From contig JACPNG010000009.1 in the NCBI GenBank assembly GCA_016185605.1, positions 53,838 through 117,837 of the forward strand: a stretch of DNA of 64,000 nt, given 5' to 3'. The first letter of the stretch is position 1. Every line of letters begins with the position of its first letter. A program made the position numbers and the translations under genes. This DNA comes from Candidatus Woesearchaeota archaeon. Its GTDB lineage: Archaea; Nanobdellota; Nanobdellia; SCGC-AAA011-G17; JACPNG01. Below, piece after piece: positions 1 through 10,105 of this stretch. The notes below the pieces were generated by a model. It was not told the DNA's origin and ran no database searches. It saw only the letters and a program-made list of their open reading frames with translations.

Positions 1-493
1 TCTTATCAATCCTTTTGAAGTTGTCATTATCACTACATTTTTTTCAGCTTTTTTTATCATTGTTTCTAAGTGCATATATAAGTTATGCCTTCCTCTTATG
101 GCTCCGCTTAAGTCGCTTGCATCAATAAATTCAATTCCCTGCTTATGCAGTAAATCCAATTCCTTTAATACTGGAGTGCCTTTTAGCGAATCTAATTTTT
201 TTAATCCATCATCTGCACTGTTTCTGACTAATTTCTTAGCCCTCTCAACAACCTCTTTTGGCTCTACTGCTATATATTTAATTGGCTTTCCAAGCTTCAT
301 CACTACAAAACCTTTTTTTTCCAATGACTCAAGAACATCATAAGCCCTTGATCTTGGAACATTCCCTATATCAGAAAGCTCTCCTGCTGTAGAAACACCA
401 CGAGAAAGAAGCGCTGTCCAGATTCTAACCTCATATAAGTTAAGGTCAAAAGAGCGCCTTAAATTGCTTAAAAATTCCTCCTTAACAATCATG
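1..493 (-). CDS. TrmB-family HTH transcriptional regulator; the reading frame runs off the window edge at the protein's C-terminus
   Basis: Manual minus-strand translation from the ATG at 493 gives MIVKEEFLSNLRRSFDLNLYEVRIWTALLSRGVSTAGELSDIGNVPRSRAYDVLESLEKKGFVV..., a typical TrmB wHTH N-terminus. It is missing from the ORF track because it is truncated by the window edge. Confidence 0.7.
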
Positions 494-647
494 TAAAATC
501 ATCTCCTTCCTCTTTTTAAAATATTGATAAGAATAACCACTTAAGATAAGATGTGGCTATTCACTTCTATCAAATGATACTATCTAACATAAAAAGCTTT
601 TACTTATATTTAAAGATTATTATCATTAAGTTGTATTTGAAATTATT

Positions 648-2399
648 TTATTTCCTTTGTTTGTTATATTCTTTTTTTATATCTTCTAATGAATAGATAT
701 CTTTTATTGATTTGTCTGGTCTTAATTGGATTACTCTTGGAAATCTCAACGCATATCCGCTGGAATAAGTTGGGCTTTTCTGAATTTCTGAATAGCCTAC
801 TTCAATAATTACTTCTGGCTTGACAATAACATTCTTTCCTTTTTCCTCTTTTATTAATGGCCTTAATAATCTAGTCATCTGATCAAAAGATACTCCTTCT
901 TCAGATTTTTCTTTTAATCCTGTTGAGACTTTTCCAACCTCTAATAACTCATCATTATGATTGCAAGCTACTGTATAGCTAGTAAGCCACTTTGACCTCT
1001 TGCCTTCGCCCCATTCTGCCTTTACAATTACCAAGTCAAATGTATCTGCTTTTGGTTTTATTTTAACTCCATAACCAACCCTTGAGCCGGGCTTGTATAT
1101 TCCTTCCAAATTTTTAGCCATTACTCCTTCTTCTCCTTGTGCTAAAGATTCCCTGAAGAATTTTTCAGCCTCATTTTTATCTTCTGTAATAAGCTGGTTG
1201 GCCAGAACTAATTTTAATTTTTCTTGCTTTGTTATTTTCTCCAGGATTTTTCTTCTTTCCCTAAAAGTTTCATTCAATAGATTTGCTCCATTATAATAAA
1301 TTATATCAAATATATTTAATTCAACTGGGAATTTTTTTGACATCTCTTTTATGTCATATTTTCTTTTAATCCTTTGAGAGATGCTTTGAAACGGCAGATA
1401 TTTATTTGTTTTTGGATTATAGCCGACAGCCTCGGAATCTATGATAAAATTGTCTGCTTTAATGTATTTTTTAACATATTCGACAACCTCTGGAAACTGC
1501 CTTGTGACATCCTCTAATCTTCTTGTGAATAACTTTATATTTCCATTCTTATCCCTGCTGACTTGCAACCTTACACCATCATATTTATATTCAAATGCGC
1601 ATGGCTTTCCGACAATCTTAAAGGCATCTTCTATATTCTCTGCCTTCTGGTATAACATAACATTAATTGGGTTTCCAGGAGTTAATTTCTCTTTTGCCAG
1701 CTCATCAATTCCTTTGGATTTTATTATCAACGCCACCTTAGAATAATCATTTGTCAAGTCATAAGCCCTCTGGACTTTCTCAATATAAAAATTGTATTTT
1801 TCCCTGTCTACTATGAAATTATTTTCTTTTTCATCATAATCAAAATTTATTTCCTTGTCAAAGAACGCCCAGACAATAGCATCCCTAACTATTCCTTCTG
1901 CTATTCCTACCCTTAATATTCCAAGAACATTCTTGACAATAAATTTTGCCTCTATGGGCTTTGCTGAGGTAAGCAATTCAGAAACTAACTGGACTTTTTT
2001 GTTTACTGTTCCCTTGCCTTCCAATTCAGCAAGTTTTCTTAGATTTTCCATTACTTTTTTTACAGTTAGTGTATTTCTTGTTAATGTCCTTTGTTTGTTC
2101 TTTTCTATTAGTATAAACGCAACATTTCCAAGGTCTCCCTCTTTGCTCCATAATTTTTCCACTTCATTTGCTGAATCTCCTGTTACAGAACTTAAAACTT
2201 TTATAATTAATTTTGAACTCATTCCAATCTCTCTTTGATCCCATTGGGGAAATATTCTTCCCTGAACTAAGTATATAATATATTCTATGTCATCTTTTTG
2301 TGTTTTTTTAAGGAGATTAGACAGAATGTGAGTTTTTTCCAATCTCTTGGATGTCTTTTCCAATTTCTCAAATACCTCAACCAAATCAATATAATCCAT
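648..2399 (-). CDS. lig: ATP-dependent DNA ligase
   Basis: 583 aa. Adenylation motif I KYDGVR sits inside EYKYDGVRLQVS. Length and architecture match archaeal/eukaryotic ATP-dependent ligases. Confidence 0.92.
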   Translation of the reverse strand: MDYIDLVEVFEKLEKTSKRLEKTHILSNLLKKTQKDDIEYIIYLVQGRIFPQWDQREIGMSSKLIIKVLSSVTGDSANEVEKLWSKEGDLGNVAFILIEKNKQRTLTRNTLTVKKVMENLRKLAELEGKGTVNKKVQLVSELLTSAKPIEAKFIVKNVLGILRVGIAEGIVRDAIVWAFFDKEINFDYDEKENNFIVDREKYNFYIEKVQRAYDLTNDYSKVALIIKSKGIDELAKEKLTPGNPINVMLYQKAENIEDAFKIVGKPCAFEYKYDGVRLQVSRDKNGNIKLFTRRLEDVTRQFPEVVEYVKKYIKADNFIIDSEAVGYNPKTNKYLPFQSISQRIKRKYDIKEMSKKFPVELNIFDIIYYNGANLLNETFRERRKILEKITKQEKLKLVLANQLITEDKNEAEKFFRESLAQGEEGVMAKNLEGIYKPGSRVGYGVKIKPKADTFDLVIVKAEWGEGKRSKWLTSYTVACNHNDELLEVGKVSTGLKEKSEEGVSFDQMTRLLRPLIKEEKGKNVIVKPEVIIEVGYSEIQKSPTYSSGYALRFPRVIQLRPDKSIKDIYSLEDIKKEYNKQRK

Positions 2400-2471
2400 G
2401 ATATGATTGGTTATTGGAAATTTATAAAGATAATTAAGAAAATTTATATATAAACTAATTTTAGGAATAGG

Positions 2472-3116
2472 ATGGAATTAAAGGATGCAATAATAACAAG
2501 AAGAAGCTATACGAAATATTTAGACAAAAAAGTGGATCTTAAGCTAATAGCTGATATTCTAAATACAGCAATTTATGCCCCTTCTTCTGGGAACATGCAG
2601 AATTGGTATATTGTTTTGGTTGACGATGATGATAAAAGGGAAAAAATAGCAAATGCCTCTCTAAAACAACTCTGGATGCTCCAAGCCCCAATACATATTG
2701 TCATTTGCGACAAGAAGCAGGACATGAAGAGAATGTATGGAAAAAAAGCAGATGAATTTGGATTACAAAATTGTGCTGCATTGGCCCAGAATATTTTATT
2801 ATTAGCAACAGAGGCTGGATTAGCTTCATGCTGGGTTGGAAGCTTTGACAAAGAGGCTGTAAGCAGGGTTATCGGGGCATCCCCAAATGAAGAGCCTCAG
2901 ATAATAATCACTCTAGGCTATAGCAATGATAATCCTAAATCTACTAGGCATGAACTGGATAAGGTTTGCTGCTTTAATAATTGCGGGGCTAGAATAAAGG
3001 GTTTTGATTTGTTTCCATTGGAAAAATATACAACTAAAATGGAAAAAAAGATGAAAAAAGAGAGCAAAAGTTTATTTGAGAGGATAAAAAAATTATTCAG
3101 AAGAAGTGAAAATTAA
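2472..3116 (+). CDS. nitroreductase-family oxidoreductase
   Basis: 214 aa. The N-terminal ITRRSYTKY...SSGNMQNWYIVLVDD stretch is typical of the NADH nitroreductase/FMN reductase fold. The C-terminal Lys-rich tail is extra. Confidence 0.7.
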   Translation: MELKDAIITRRSYTKYLDKKVDLKLIADILNTAIYAPSSGNMQNWYIVLVDDDDKREKIANASLKQLWMLQAPIHIVICDKKQDMKRMYGKKADEFGLQNCAALAQNILLLATEAGLASCWVGSFDKEAVSRVIGASPNEEPQIIITLGYSNDNPKSTRHELDKVCCFNNCGARIKGFDLFPLEKYTTKMEKKMKKESKSLFERIKKLFRRSEN

Positions 3117-3196
3117 TATAATTATTTTTTCTTAGATTTTATTTTTCTATAAATTAATCTATAGATAAATTTTCAAAAAATAATAAAAAAGAAAAA

Positions 3197-3219
3197 AGCT
3201 GGTACATTGTACCAGCAAG
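3197..3219. terminator. perfect hairpin gctggtac-att-gtaccagc between convergent genes, with flanking A/T runs
   Basis: The 8-bp inverted repeat is seen directly at about 3198-3218, in the 140-nt gap between the nitroreductase stop and the ftsZ stop. Confidence 0.25.
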
Positions 3220-3257
3220 AGTAAAGAAGGGCTTCTCTTTGGGGGGTCTGCCCTTAA

Positions 3258-4328
3258 TTATCTAACTAAGTCAATTCCCAGTTCCCTGCTCAAGTGCATT
3301 GCTTGCGAACTTGGCTTTTTGTGGTCAACTCTTCCGAGTATATAGGGACTGTTGACTCCAGTTATGATTGTCATAACTCTGAACTTGCCTTTCATGTCTT
3401 CACTTATTCTGGCTCCCCAGATTACATTAGCATCTTCATCTAATGCTTCAGTTACCATCTCGCCAGCTTTAGCTACCTCATCTAAGGTTAAGTCTGATCC
3501 ACCAGAAACATGGATTAATGCTCCTGTTGCTCCCTCATAGCTAACATCCAACAAAGGATTTGTCAAGGCTCTTCTTACAGCCTCTTCTACCCTTCTTTCG
3601 CTGTTGGCTTCTCCAATTCCTATAACAGATACATCTCCATTGCTCATAATAGCTTTTACATCTGCATAGTCTAGGTTAACCAAGCTTGGAACAGCTATTG
3701 TTTCTACTATACCTTTAATCATTGTTGCTACTAATTCATTGGCTACTGCAAAAGCCTGTTCAATTGGCAAGTTTCCAGCTATCTGTACTAATCTATTATT
3801 GTCTATTACAATAACAGTGTCTGAGACATTTCTCAGCTGTTGCAATCCAAATTCAGCTTTATCTATTCTAGCTCTCTCAATATCAAAAGGCATTGTTACT
3901 GTGCCAATAACAATTGCACCCATCTCCTTAGCTAGTTGTGCAACTACTGGTGCTGATCCAGTTCCTGTTCCTCCACCCATTCCAGCACATACAAAAACCA
4001 TATCAGTATCTTTTAGGGCCTCTCTTATCTCATGAATTTGCTCCTTTGCAGCTTCTCTTCCTTTTTCAGGATATCCGCCGCATCCTAAACCTCTTGTCAA
4101 ATCCCTTCCAATAAGGACTTTTCTATCTGCATTTACAATATCTAGATGCTGCTTATCTGTATTCATAGCAACTACCTCTGCCCCTTGTATTCCTTTCTTA
4201 AATAGCCAGTTGGCCATATTAGTGCCACCGCCACCACATCCTACAACCTTTATATTTGCTTGTCCCATAACATATTCTGTTTTATTCTCTTTGCTTGCCT
4301 GGATTGCGTTTTGCACAATGAATTCCAT
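3258..4328 (-). CDS. ftsZ: cell division GTPase FtsZ
   Basis: 356 aa. Carries the tubulin/FtsZ signature GGGTGTGSAPVVA. An SD-like aagggggt lies 6 nt upstream of the ATG. Confidence 0.93.
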   Translation of the reverse strand: MEFIVQNAIQASKENKTEYVMGQANIKVVGCGGGGTNMANWLFKKGIQGAEVVAMNTDKQHLDIVNADRKVLIGRDLTRGLGCGGYPEKGREAAKEQIHEIREALKDTDMVFVCAGMGGGTGTGSAPVVAQLAKEMGAIVIGTVTMPFDIERARIDKAEFGLQQLRNVSDTVIVIDNNRLVQIAGNLPIEQAFAVANELVATMIKGIVETIAVPSLVNLDYADVKAIMSNGDVSVIGIGEANSERRVEEAVRRALTNPLLDVSYEGATGALIHVSGGSDLTLDEVAKAGEMVTEALDEDANVIWGARISEDMKGKFRVMTIITGVNSPYILGRVDHKKPSSQAMHLSRELGIDLVR

Positions 4329-4361
4329 TTTTTTACCCCCTTATTATATATTTTAGCACAA

Positions 4362-4376
4362 TAAACTTTATATATC
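4362..4376 (-). promoter_or_regulatory. candidate archaeal TATA box for ftsZ
   Basis: The minus strand reads atatataaag about 40 nt upstream of the ftsZ ATG, which would place the transcription start near the SD. Confidence 0.25.
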
Positions 4377-4656
4377 TAGTTTGATTTGTACCTTTTAGAA
4401 AAAGTTATTATTTGCCCAAATAATATACTCAGAATACATAAAACTAAATAGGTTTGATTAATACCTACAAACAATCAATGCCCAATGGTTTTAATGCCCA
4501 ATTAAAACCTTAATTTGATTTGTTGGTTTTCTTTTATATTATAATTTTAACAATATAATAAATTGATATATAAAGTTTTATCACTCTTAATATATATATT
4601 ATAGTATATAATCCTATTTTAGCAATATTTTAAAAATCCAAATAATTCTATATCTC

Positions 4657-4995
4657 ATGGAAAATTCAAAGAAAACCACCATAAGAATATGCACCAGGCC
4701 ATGCGATGTTCTACTGGCTAGATTAATTAGATTGAGGCATATATTCATAATTGACGAATACAATAATATATATGAATTTTCCAGAAATATAAAAGGAACA
4801 AAAGAACTGACTAAATGGTATCTAGAAAATAATCCCGATAAGATAAATGTAAAAAAAATCAACGTGAACAGAAAATTGTTTTACAGGGTAGTAAGAATAC
4901 AGAGAAGAATCATAAAAAGAAAGGAGTATGATATAATGAATTATAACTGCCATACCTATGTAAACTCAATATTAATTAATTTAAATAAGTTCTAA
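4657..4995 (+). CDS. hypothetical protein with a possible LRAT/NlpC-P60-like His...Cys motif (NYNCHTYV)
   Basis: 112-aa ORF in an AT-rich region. A His (RLRHIF) is followed about 70 aa later by YNCHTYV, loosely reminiscent of the LRAT NCEHF motif. This is weak. Confidence 0.3.
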   Translation: MENSKKTTIRICTRPCDVLLARLIRLRHIFIIDEYNNIYEFSRNIKGTKELTKWYLENNPDKINVKKINVNRKLFYRVVRIQRRIIKRKEYDIMNYNCHTYVNSILINLNKF

Positions 4996-5036
4996 ACAAT
5001 AATAAAATTTAAAATATAATCTTTCTTAGATTTTGC

Positions 5037-5462
5037 ATGGATTTAAATAGCTATGTTGATATTATAGTTATAGACTACAAAAAACTATTGATAAGATTTC
5101 TTATTTTTATCCATATACTTTTTTTTATCAGCTGGATAGGATTATTCTTCATTCCAAGATCTATATGGCCAGACAGGATATTCTATCATTTTTGGTATGT
5201 TGCTGGAGTTATTGGGCTAAATTTAGTCTGGGGCGGATTCTTAAGATTAAAACACAAGAATGGAAATCTATTTGTATGCCCGCTAACAACTATGACTCAA
5301 TATCTCAGGGGATACAATATTAGTGATAAGATGAATAATAAATATCTATTTGTAGGCGAGGTATTATCAAAGTTTAATATAAAATACTCGAAAAGCATTA
5401 TGGTAGTTGGCGGAACTTTGAGTTTGTTGATAATTAGCCTTCAATATTTTATGATTTACTGA
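5037..5462 (+). CDS. hypothetical small membrane protein (3-4 TM)
   Basis: 141 aa with hydrophobic helices. No recognisable motif. Confidence 0.4.
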   Translation: MDLNSYVDIIVIDYKKLLIRFLIFIHILFFISWIGLFFIPRSIWPDRIFYHFWYVAGVIGLNLVWGGFLRLKHKNGNLFVCPLTTMTQYLRGYNISDKMNNKYLFVGEVLSKFNIKYSKSIMVVGGTLSLLIISLQYFMIY

Positions 5463-5497
5463 ATAAGTTTTTATATTAGTGTTATTTAATCTTCTCT

Positions 5498-6778
5498 ATG
5501 AAAGTTGGCGATTTAATAAAAATTAAAACTTCTAATGCAGAATATGAGGGAGATCTAATGCCAAGCCTTAACAAAGATATTATAACCTTGAAATTAAAAA
5601 ACGGCTATAACATCGGAATAGAAAAAAGCAGAATAAAAAATATTAAGATTTTAAAGAAACACAAAGAACTAAAAATCCGAAAAGAAAAAGTAAAATTCAA
5701 TAAAAATCTTCCTACTATTTCTATAATACATACTGGAGGAACTATAGCTTCTGAAGTAGACTATAAAACTGGCGGTGTAGTAGCTAGATTTACTTCAGAA
5801 GAATTACTATCAATGTTTCCAGAGTTAAATGAGATTGCCAATATCAATAGTGTTTTCTTGTCAAACATGTTCTCAGAGGATATGAGATTCAAGCATTACT
5901 CATTAATAGCCAATGCTGTAGTCAAAGAGATAAAAAAAGGAGTCAAGGGGGTTATAATCGGTCATGGAACAGACACAATGCATTATACCTCTGCAGCATT
6001 ATCATTCATGCTTGAAAATTTACCTATTCCAGTTATTCTAGTTGGAGCGCAAAGATCTTCAGACAGACCAAGTTCAGACGCTGCTATAAATCTAATATGC
6101 GCAGCTGAATTTATTGCCAAAACTGATTTTACAGGAGTTGGAATATGCATGCACGAGTCGATTAACGATGACAACTGTATTATTCTACCGGCATGTAAAA
6201 CAAGAAAATTCCACACAAGCAGAAGAGATGCATTCAAGCCAGTTAATTCAAATATAATAGCAAGAATAAATTATAAAACAAAGTCAATGGAATTCTTGTA
6301 TAAATATGAAAAGAATAAAGGTCCTGTTAAATTATTAGATAAGATGGAAGAAAAAGTTGGTATAGTAAAAGTCCATCCAAATTTCATGCCAGAGCAGTTT
6401 GAATTTTTCAGAAAAAATAAATATAAAGGATTAATAATAGAAGGAACTGGATTGGGACAAGCTCCAGTTGGAACTCTTAATCCTCTATCAAAAATAAACT
6501 CTAAGAATTTGAAAGCCATTAAAGACTTGATTAAATCTGGCTGTGTTGTTGTGATGACTTCCCAATGCATCTTTGGAAGGGTGCAGATGCATGTTTACAG
6601 CAATGCAATTGATTTGGTTAATTCTGGAGTAATTCCTGGAGAAGATATGCTAAGTGAGGTTGCTTTCATTAAGCTTTCTTGGCTGTTGGGAAATTTTAGA
6701 AATAAAGCAAATGATTTAATTAGAGAAAATTTAAGAGGAGAGATTAACAACAGATTAATGCCATATCATTTCTTATGA
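5498..6778 (+). CDS. gatD: Glu-tRNA(Gln) amidotransferase subunit D (asparaginase-like)
   Basis: 426 aa. Asparaginase-type motifs HTGGTIAS and GHGTDTM are present. Archaeal GatD length. The N-terminal approximately 80 aa domain is typical of GatD. Confidence 0.88.
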   Translation: MKVGDLIKIKTSNAEYEGDLMPSLNKDIITLKLKNGYNIGIEKSRIKNIKILKKHKELKIRKEKVKFNKNLPTISIIHTGGTIASEVDYKTGGVVARFTSEELLSMFPELNEIANINSVFLSNMFSEDMRFKHYSLIANAVVKEIKKGVKGVIIGHGTDTMHYTSAALSFMLENLPIPVILVGAQRSSDRPSSDAAINLICAAEFIAKTDFTGVGICMHESINDDNCIILPACKTRKFHTSRRDAFKPVNSNIIARINYKTKSMEFLYKYEKNKGPVKLLDKMEEKVGIVKVHPNFMPEQFEFFRKNKYKGLIIEGTGLGQAPVGTLNPLSKINSKNLKAIKDLIKSGCVVVMTSQCIFGRVQMHVYSNAIDLVNSGVIPGEDMLSEVAFIKLSWLLGNFRNKANDLIRENLRGEINNRLMPYHFL

Positions 6779-6855
6779 ATGTTTGTTTAAGACATTGAAA
6801 AAAAATGGAAAGTATATATTCCTTTTAATGCAGCTGATTTAGAGAGGTATAAAGA

Positions 6856-7514
6856 ATGATTGATTTAAACAAGCAAAATGAATTGTTTAAAATATTTGGC
6901 GAGAAACTAAAGAAAAAAACAGAATGTTATGTTATTGGGGGCTCTGCTATGATCTATTATGGAATGAAAGATTCAACTAAATATATTGATCTTGTTTTTG
7001 AAAAAGAAAAAGACAGAGAATATATTGTGAAATTACTAAATGATCTGGGCTACAGAGAAAGAAAACAAGTGTTTTGTATTTCAAAAAGAAAAACACTCCA
7101 ATCCTTTTGCAAAGGGAAGATATAAGATTTGATCTGTTTTTTTATAAAATTATCAGCACAGTTCTTAGCGAAGGCATGAAAGACAGAATAAGATCTGTTT
7201 ATGAATATTCAAATTTTATTATTAAAGTTTTATCTCCAGAAGACTTAATTATTACAAAATGCGCAACTGAAAGGGCAGGTGATAGGGTTGATGCTGCTGA
7301 AATTATAAAGAAAACTGAAATTGACTGGAATATATTAATTAATGAAAGCATCTACCAATCAAAGGCAACACCATATTTATTTCCTGTATTTTTATTTGAT
7401 TTCTTATATGAATTAAAAGAAGATTTAAATGCTGATATCCCCAAAGAGGTTATAAATAAGATTAGAAAAATCGCAGAAGAGATGTTAGTTGAAAGAGTAA
7501 AGAAAAAGAAATAG
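6856..7514 (+). pseudogene. nucleotidyltransferase-fold protein (minimal NTase motif GGSA...DID) split by a 1-nt frameshift in an A5 run near 7083-7087
   Basis: ORF 6856-7125 (frame 1) and ORF 7074-7514 (frame 3) overlap by about 80 nt. Inserting one A in tcaaaaagaaaaacact joins them as ...RKQVFCISKRKNTPILLQREDIRFDLFF.... The N-terminal part has the G[GS]x(9-13)DxD-like NTase signature YVIGGSAMIYYGMKDSTKYIDLVF. Confidence 0.5.
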
Positions 7515-7640
7515 TGCACAGGATAAGAAAAGTCACTATGTTTAATACAGTTGTGTTGGAGAGATGAATAATTATATACTAAGAATAAATAGCTATTAAA
7601 TATAATAATCTTTATAAAATTAATACCTAATATAAATCAA

Positions 7641-8909
7641 ATGATGTTTAGAACAAAGTTAATACTAATATACTCTATTCTTTTTTTTGTCATAGGATCC
7701 ATTTTTGGTTATGGTTTAGCAAACTATTGGCCTTATATCAAATTAAGCAATACAACAAAAGCAGGAGACAATGAAATAGTTTTAGCCACCGGTCATTTTG
7801 TACAGGAAATAAATAAAGAAACAGGGAAAAAAGAGTATGTTGGCAAAGATGCGCAGATTATAATCATAGATGTTGCAAAGGGAACTAAAGAGATAATAAA
7901 CAATAATATTTCCAATGTAGAACATAAGGCAGCTATTGGAGATGTTGATAATGACGGGTTGAATGAGATTGTTGGAGGTGGTGGGGGCGGTGGAAACCCT
8001 GATTATAATGCAAGTCTAATTGTATATAGACTAATGAACAATAATTGGGTTGAAGAATTAATATGGATGCCTCAAGATGTAAGAGTAAGGGATGTTGAGA
8101 TAGGAGATGTTGATAATGATGATAAAAATGATATTGTTGCTATCACTCATGAAAAAGGTGTTATGGGAATACTTTCCTTTAAGAATAACGAATGGATTAA
8201 AAGGGAATTAATGGATAAATTTTCTGAGATAACTTATGTCCATGAGGTTGAGATAGGGGATGTTGATAACGATAGGTTGAATGAAATTTTCACTACTCCA
8301 ACTGATCCCAATGTTGAACTTGGTGAAAAACAACCAGGTATTATTTCTATGTTCAAATGGGATGGTCTTAAATTTAATAGATTCCAAGTAGATCATTTTG
8401 ATGATGCACATTCCAAAGAAATTGTTATTGGCGATGTTGATAATGACAACCAATTGGAGTTAATTGCAGCTGTTGATGGCCTTAATAATCCAAGAACATA
8501 TCTAAAAATTAAGAAATATGAATGGATTGATAATCAGTTAAAAGGAGAAATAATCTGGGAATTTGATAATGAACTTAAATCAAGAACAATGGCTGTTGGA
8601 GACATTGATAATAATGGAGAGAATGAACTACTAATAGGAACAAGCTCTTCAGGATTAGTATACTTATATTTTAAAGACAATAAATGGTTTAAGGGATTTA
8701 TAGATGAAGATTTACCAAATATACATTCTGTAGCTATCGGAGATGTAGACAAGGACGGATTGAATGAGGTAATCGGAGCTTCTGATGATTTAAGCATAGT
8801 AAACATGTATAAATTAAAGGATAATGAATGGAAAAAAACTAATCTTATACAACTTCCAGAAGATTATTGGATATGGGCTATAGACATAGGAAATGTAGAT
8901 AATGATTAG
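7641..8909 (+). CDS. membrane-anchored FG-GAP repeat protein (7-bladed beta-propeller)
   Basis: 422 aa. N-terminal TM/signal anchor. Seven repeats of the Ca-binding FG-GAP core [AE]IGDVDNDGLNE[IV], e.g. AIGDVDNDGLNEIVGG and EIGDVDNDDKNDIVAI. Confidence 0.8.
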   Translation: MMFRTKLILIYSILFFVIGSIFGYGLANYWPYIKLSNTTKAGDNEIVLATGHFVQEINKETGKKEYVGKDAQIIIIDVAKGTKEIINNNISNVEHKAAIGDVDNDGLNEIVGGGGGGGNPDYNASLIVYRLMNNNWVEELIWMPQDVRVRDVEIGDVDNDDKNDIVAITHEKGVMGILSFKNNEWIKRELMDKFSEITYVHEVEIGDVDNDRLNEIFTTPTDPNVELGEKQPGIISMFKWDGLKFNRFQVDHFDDAHSKEIVIGDVDNDNQLELIAAVDGLNNPRTYLKIKKYEWIDNQLKGEIIWEFDNELKSRTMAVGDIDNNGENELLIGTSSSGLVYLYFKDNKWFKGFIDEDLPNIHSVAIGDVDKDGLNEVIGASDDLSIVNMYKLKDNEWKKTNLIQLPEDYWIWAIDIGNVDND

Positions 8910-8954
8910 TTTTATTAATATATATAATTCTAATATATTCATTATAAAATAGTC

Positions 8955-8968
8955 TTATTTATATAAAG
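8955..8968 (+). promoter_or_regulatory. candidate TATA box (tttatataaag) about 25 nt upstream of the GT2 gene ATG; a leaderless transcript is likely
   Basis: The sequence cttatttatataaagtc is centred about 25 nt before the ATG at 8987. Confidence 0.3.
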
Positions 8969-8986
8969 TCTATAAGTATTAGATTT

Positions 8987-10105
8987 ATGCTAGTTTCTGT
9001 TGTATTACCGTGCAGAAATGAAGAAGAGACAATAGGAAGATGTATTAAAACAATTAAAGAAGTTTTTAAGAGGGATAAAATTGAGGGAGAGATTATTGTT
9101 TCTGATTCTTCTACAGATAAGAGTTATGAAATAGCAAAATCTCTTGGTGTTAGAGTCATTAAGCATAATAAGATTGGGTATGGTAATGCGTACATAGAAG
9201 CATTTAAACATACAAAAGGAAAGTATGTTGTAATGGGGGATTCTGATGAGACTTATAATTTTTATGATATTCCTAAATTTCTAAAAGAATTGAGAAATTA
9301 CGATTTAGTTATTGGAGATAGATTCAATGGATTGATTCATAAGAATGCCATGGACCCTTTACATAGATATTTGGGAAATCCATTGTTAGGATATACTTTA
9401 AGGCATTTTTTCAAAATAAATGTTCAAGATCCCCATTCTGGTTTTAGAGCGATAAAGAAAGAAAAACTAGATAGATTAAATCTAAAAGCTAATGGAATGG
9501 AGTTTGCATCAGAAATGATAATTAAAGCCCATAAAAATGGATTAAAGATTAAAGAAATTCCGATAAACTACTATCCAAGAAAAGGTCGTAGCAAATTAAA
9601 CCCTTTTAGGGATGGCTGGAGACATTTAAGATTGATGTTGTTGTACAGCCCAGATTATTTGTTTTTAGTTCCAGGATTATTATTATTTTTATTTGGTTCT
9701 ATATTTACCTCTGCTTTATTATTTGGACCCATAAATCTTTTTGGAATAATATTAGACATACACCCAATGATTTTAAGCAGTTTATTGACTATCTTAGGAT
9801 ACCAAATTATCTTATTGGGGTTGTATGCAAAAACATATGCTGTAATTCATCTAAAAGAAAAAGATGAATTAGTTAATCTAATTAATAAGTATATAAATCT
9901 AGAAAGAGGAAGTTTGGTTGGTTTATTGATCATATCGATTGGAGTTATTATGGGAATAAAAATATTCTATATTTGGAGCAGAACCAATTTTGGGGCTTTA
10001 GATCAAATAAGGCCCGCCATATTCATATTAACTTTAATTGTTATAGGAATACAAACAATATTCTCATCATTTTTATTAAGTATACTAGGATTAGAACAAG
10101 AATGA
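8987..10105 (+). CDS. GT2 polyprenol-phosphate glycosyltransferase (DPM1/AglD-like) with C-terminal TM segments
   Basis: 372 aa. N-terminal GT-A motifs VSVVLPCRNEEETIG and DSDETY (DxD). Four predicted C-terminal TM helices. Confidence 0.85.
   Translation: MLVSVVLPCRNEEETIGRCIKTIKEVFKRDKIEGEIIVSDSSTDKSYEIAKSLGVRVIKHNKIGYGNAYIEAFKHTKGKYVVMGDSDETYNFYDIPKFLKELRNYDLVIGDRFNGLIHKNAMDPLHRYLGNPLLGYTLRHFFKINVQDPHSGFRAIKKEKLDRLNLKANGMEFASEMIIKAHKNGLKIKEIPINYYPRKGRSKLNPFRDGWRHLRLMLLYSPDYLFLVPGLLLFLFGSIFTSALLFGPINLFGIILDIHPMILSSLLTILGYQIILLGLYAKTYAVIHLKEKDELVNLINKYINLERGSLVGLLIISIGVIMGIKIFYIWSRTNFGALDQIRPAIFILTLIVIGIQTIFSSFLLSILGLEQE

Noticed and set aside
98-343. 81-aa plus-strand ORF at the window start
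   Set aside because: It lies antisense within the better-supported TrmB-like regulator gene (minus strand, 1-493) and has low-complexity composition with no motif. Probably spurious.
4657-5462. Possible small toxin/immunity or peptidase-membrane pair (LRAT-like Cys-His ORF plus a 4-TM protein)
   Set aside because: The NCHTY motif match is weak, the spacing is atypical and there is no supporting context. Kept as low-confidence hypothetical CDS only.
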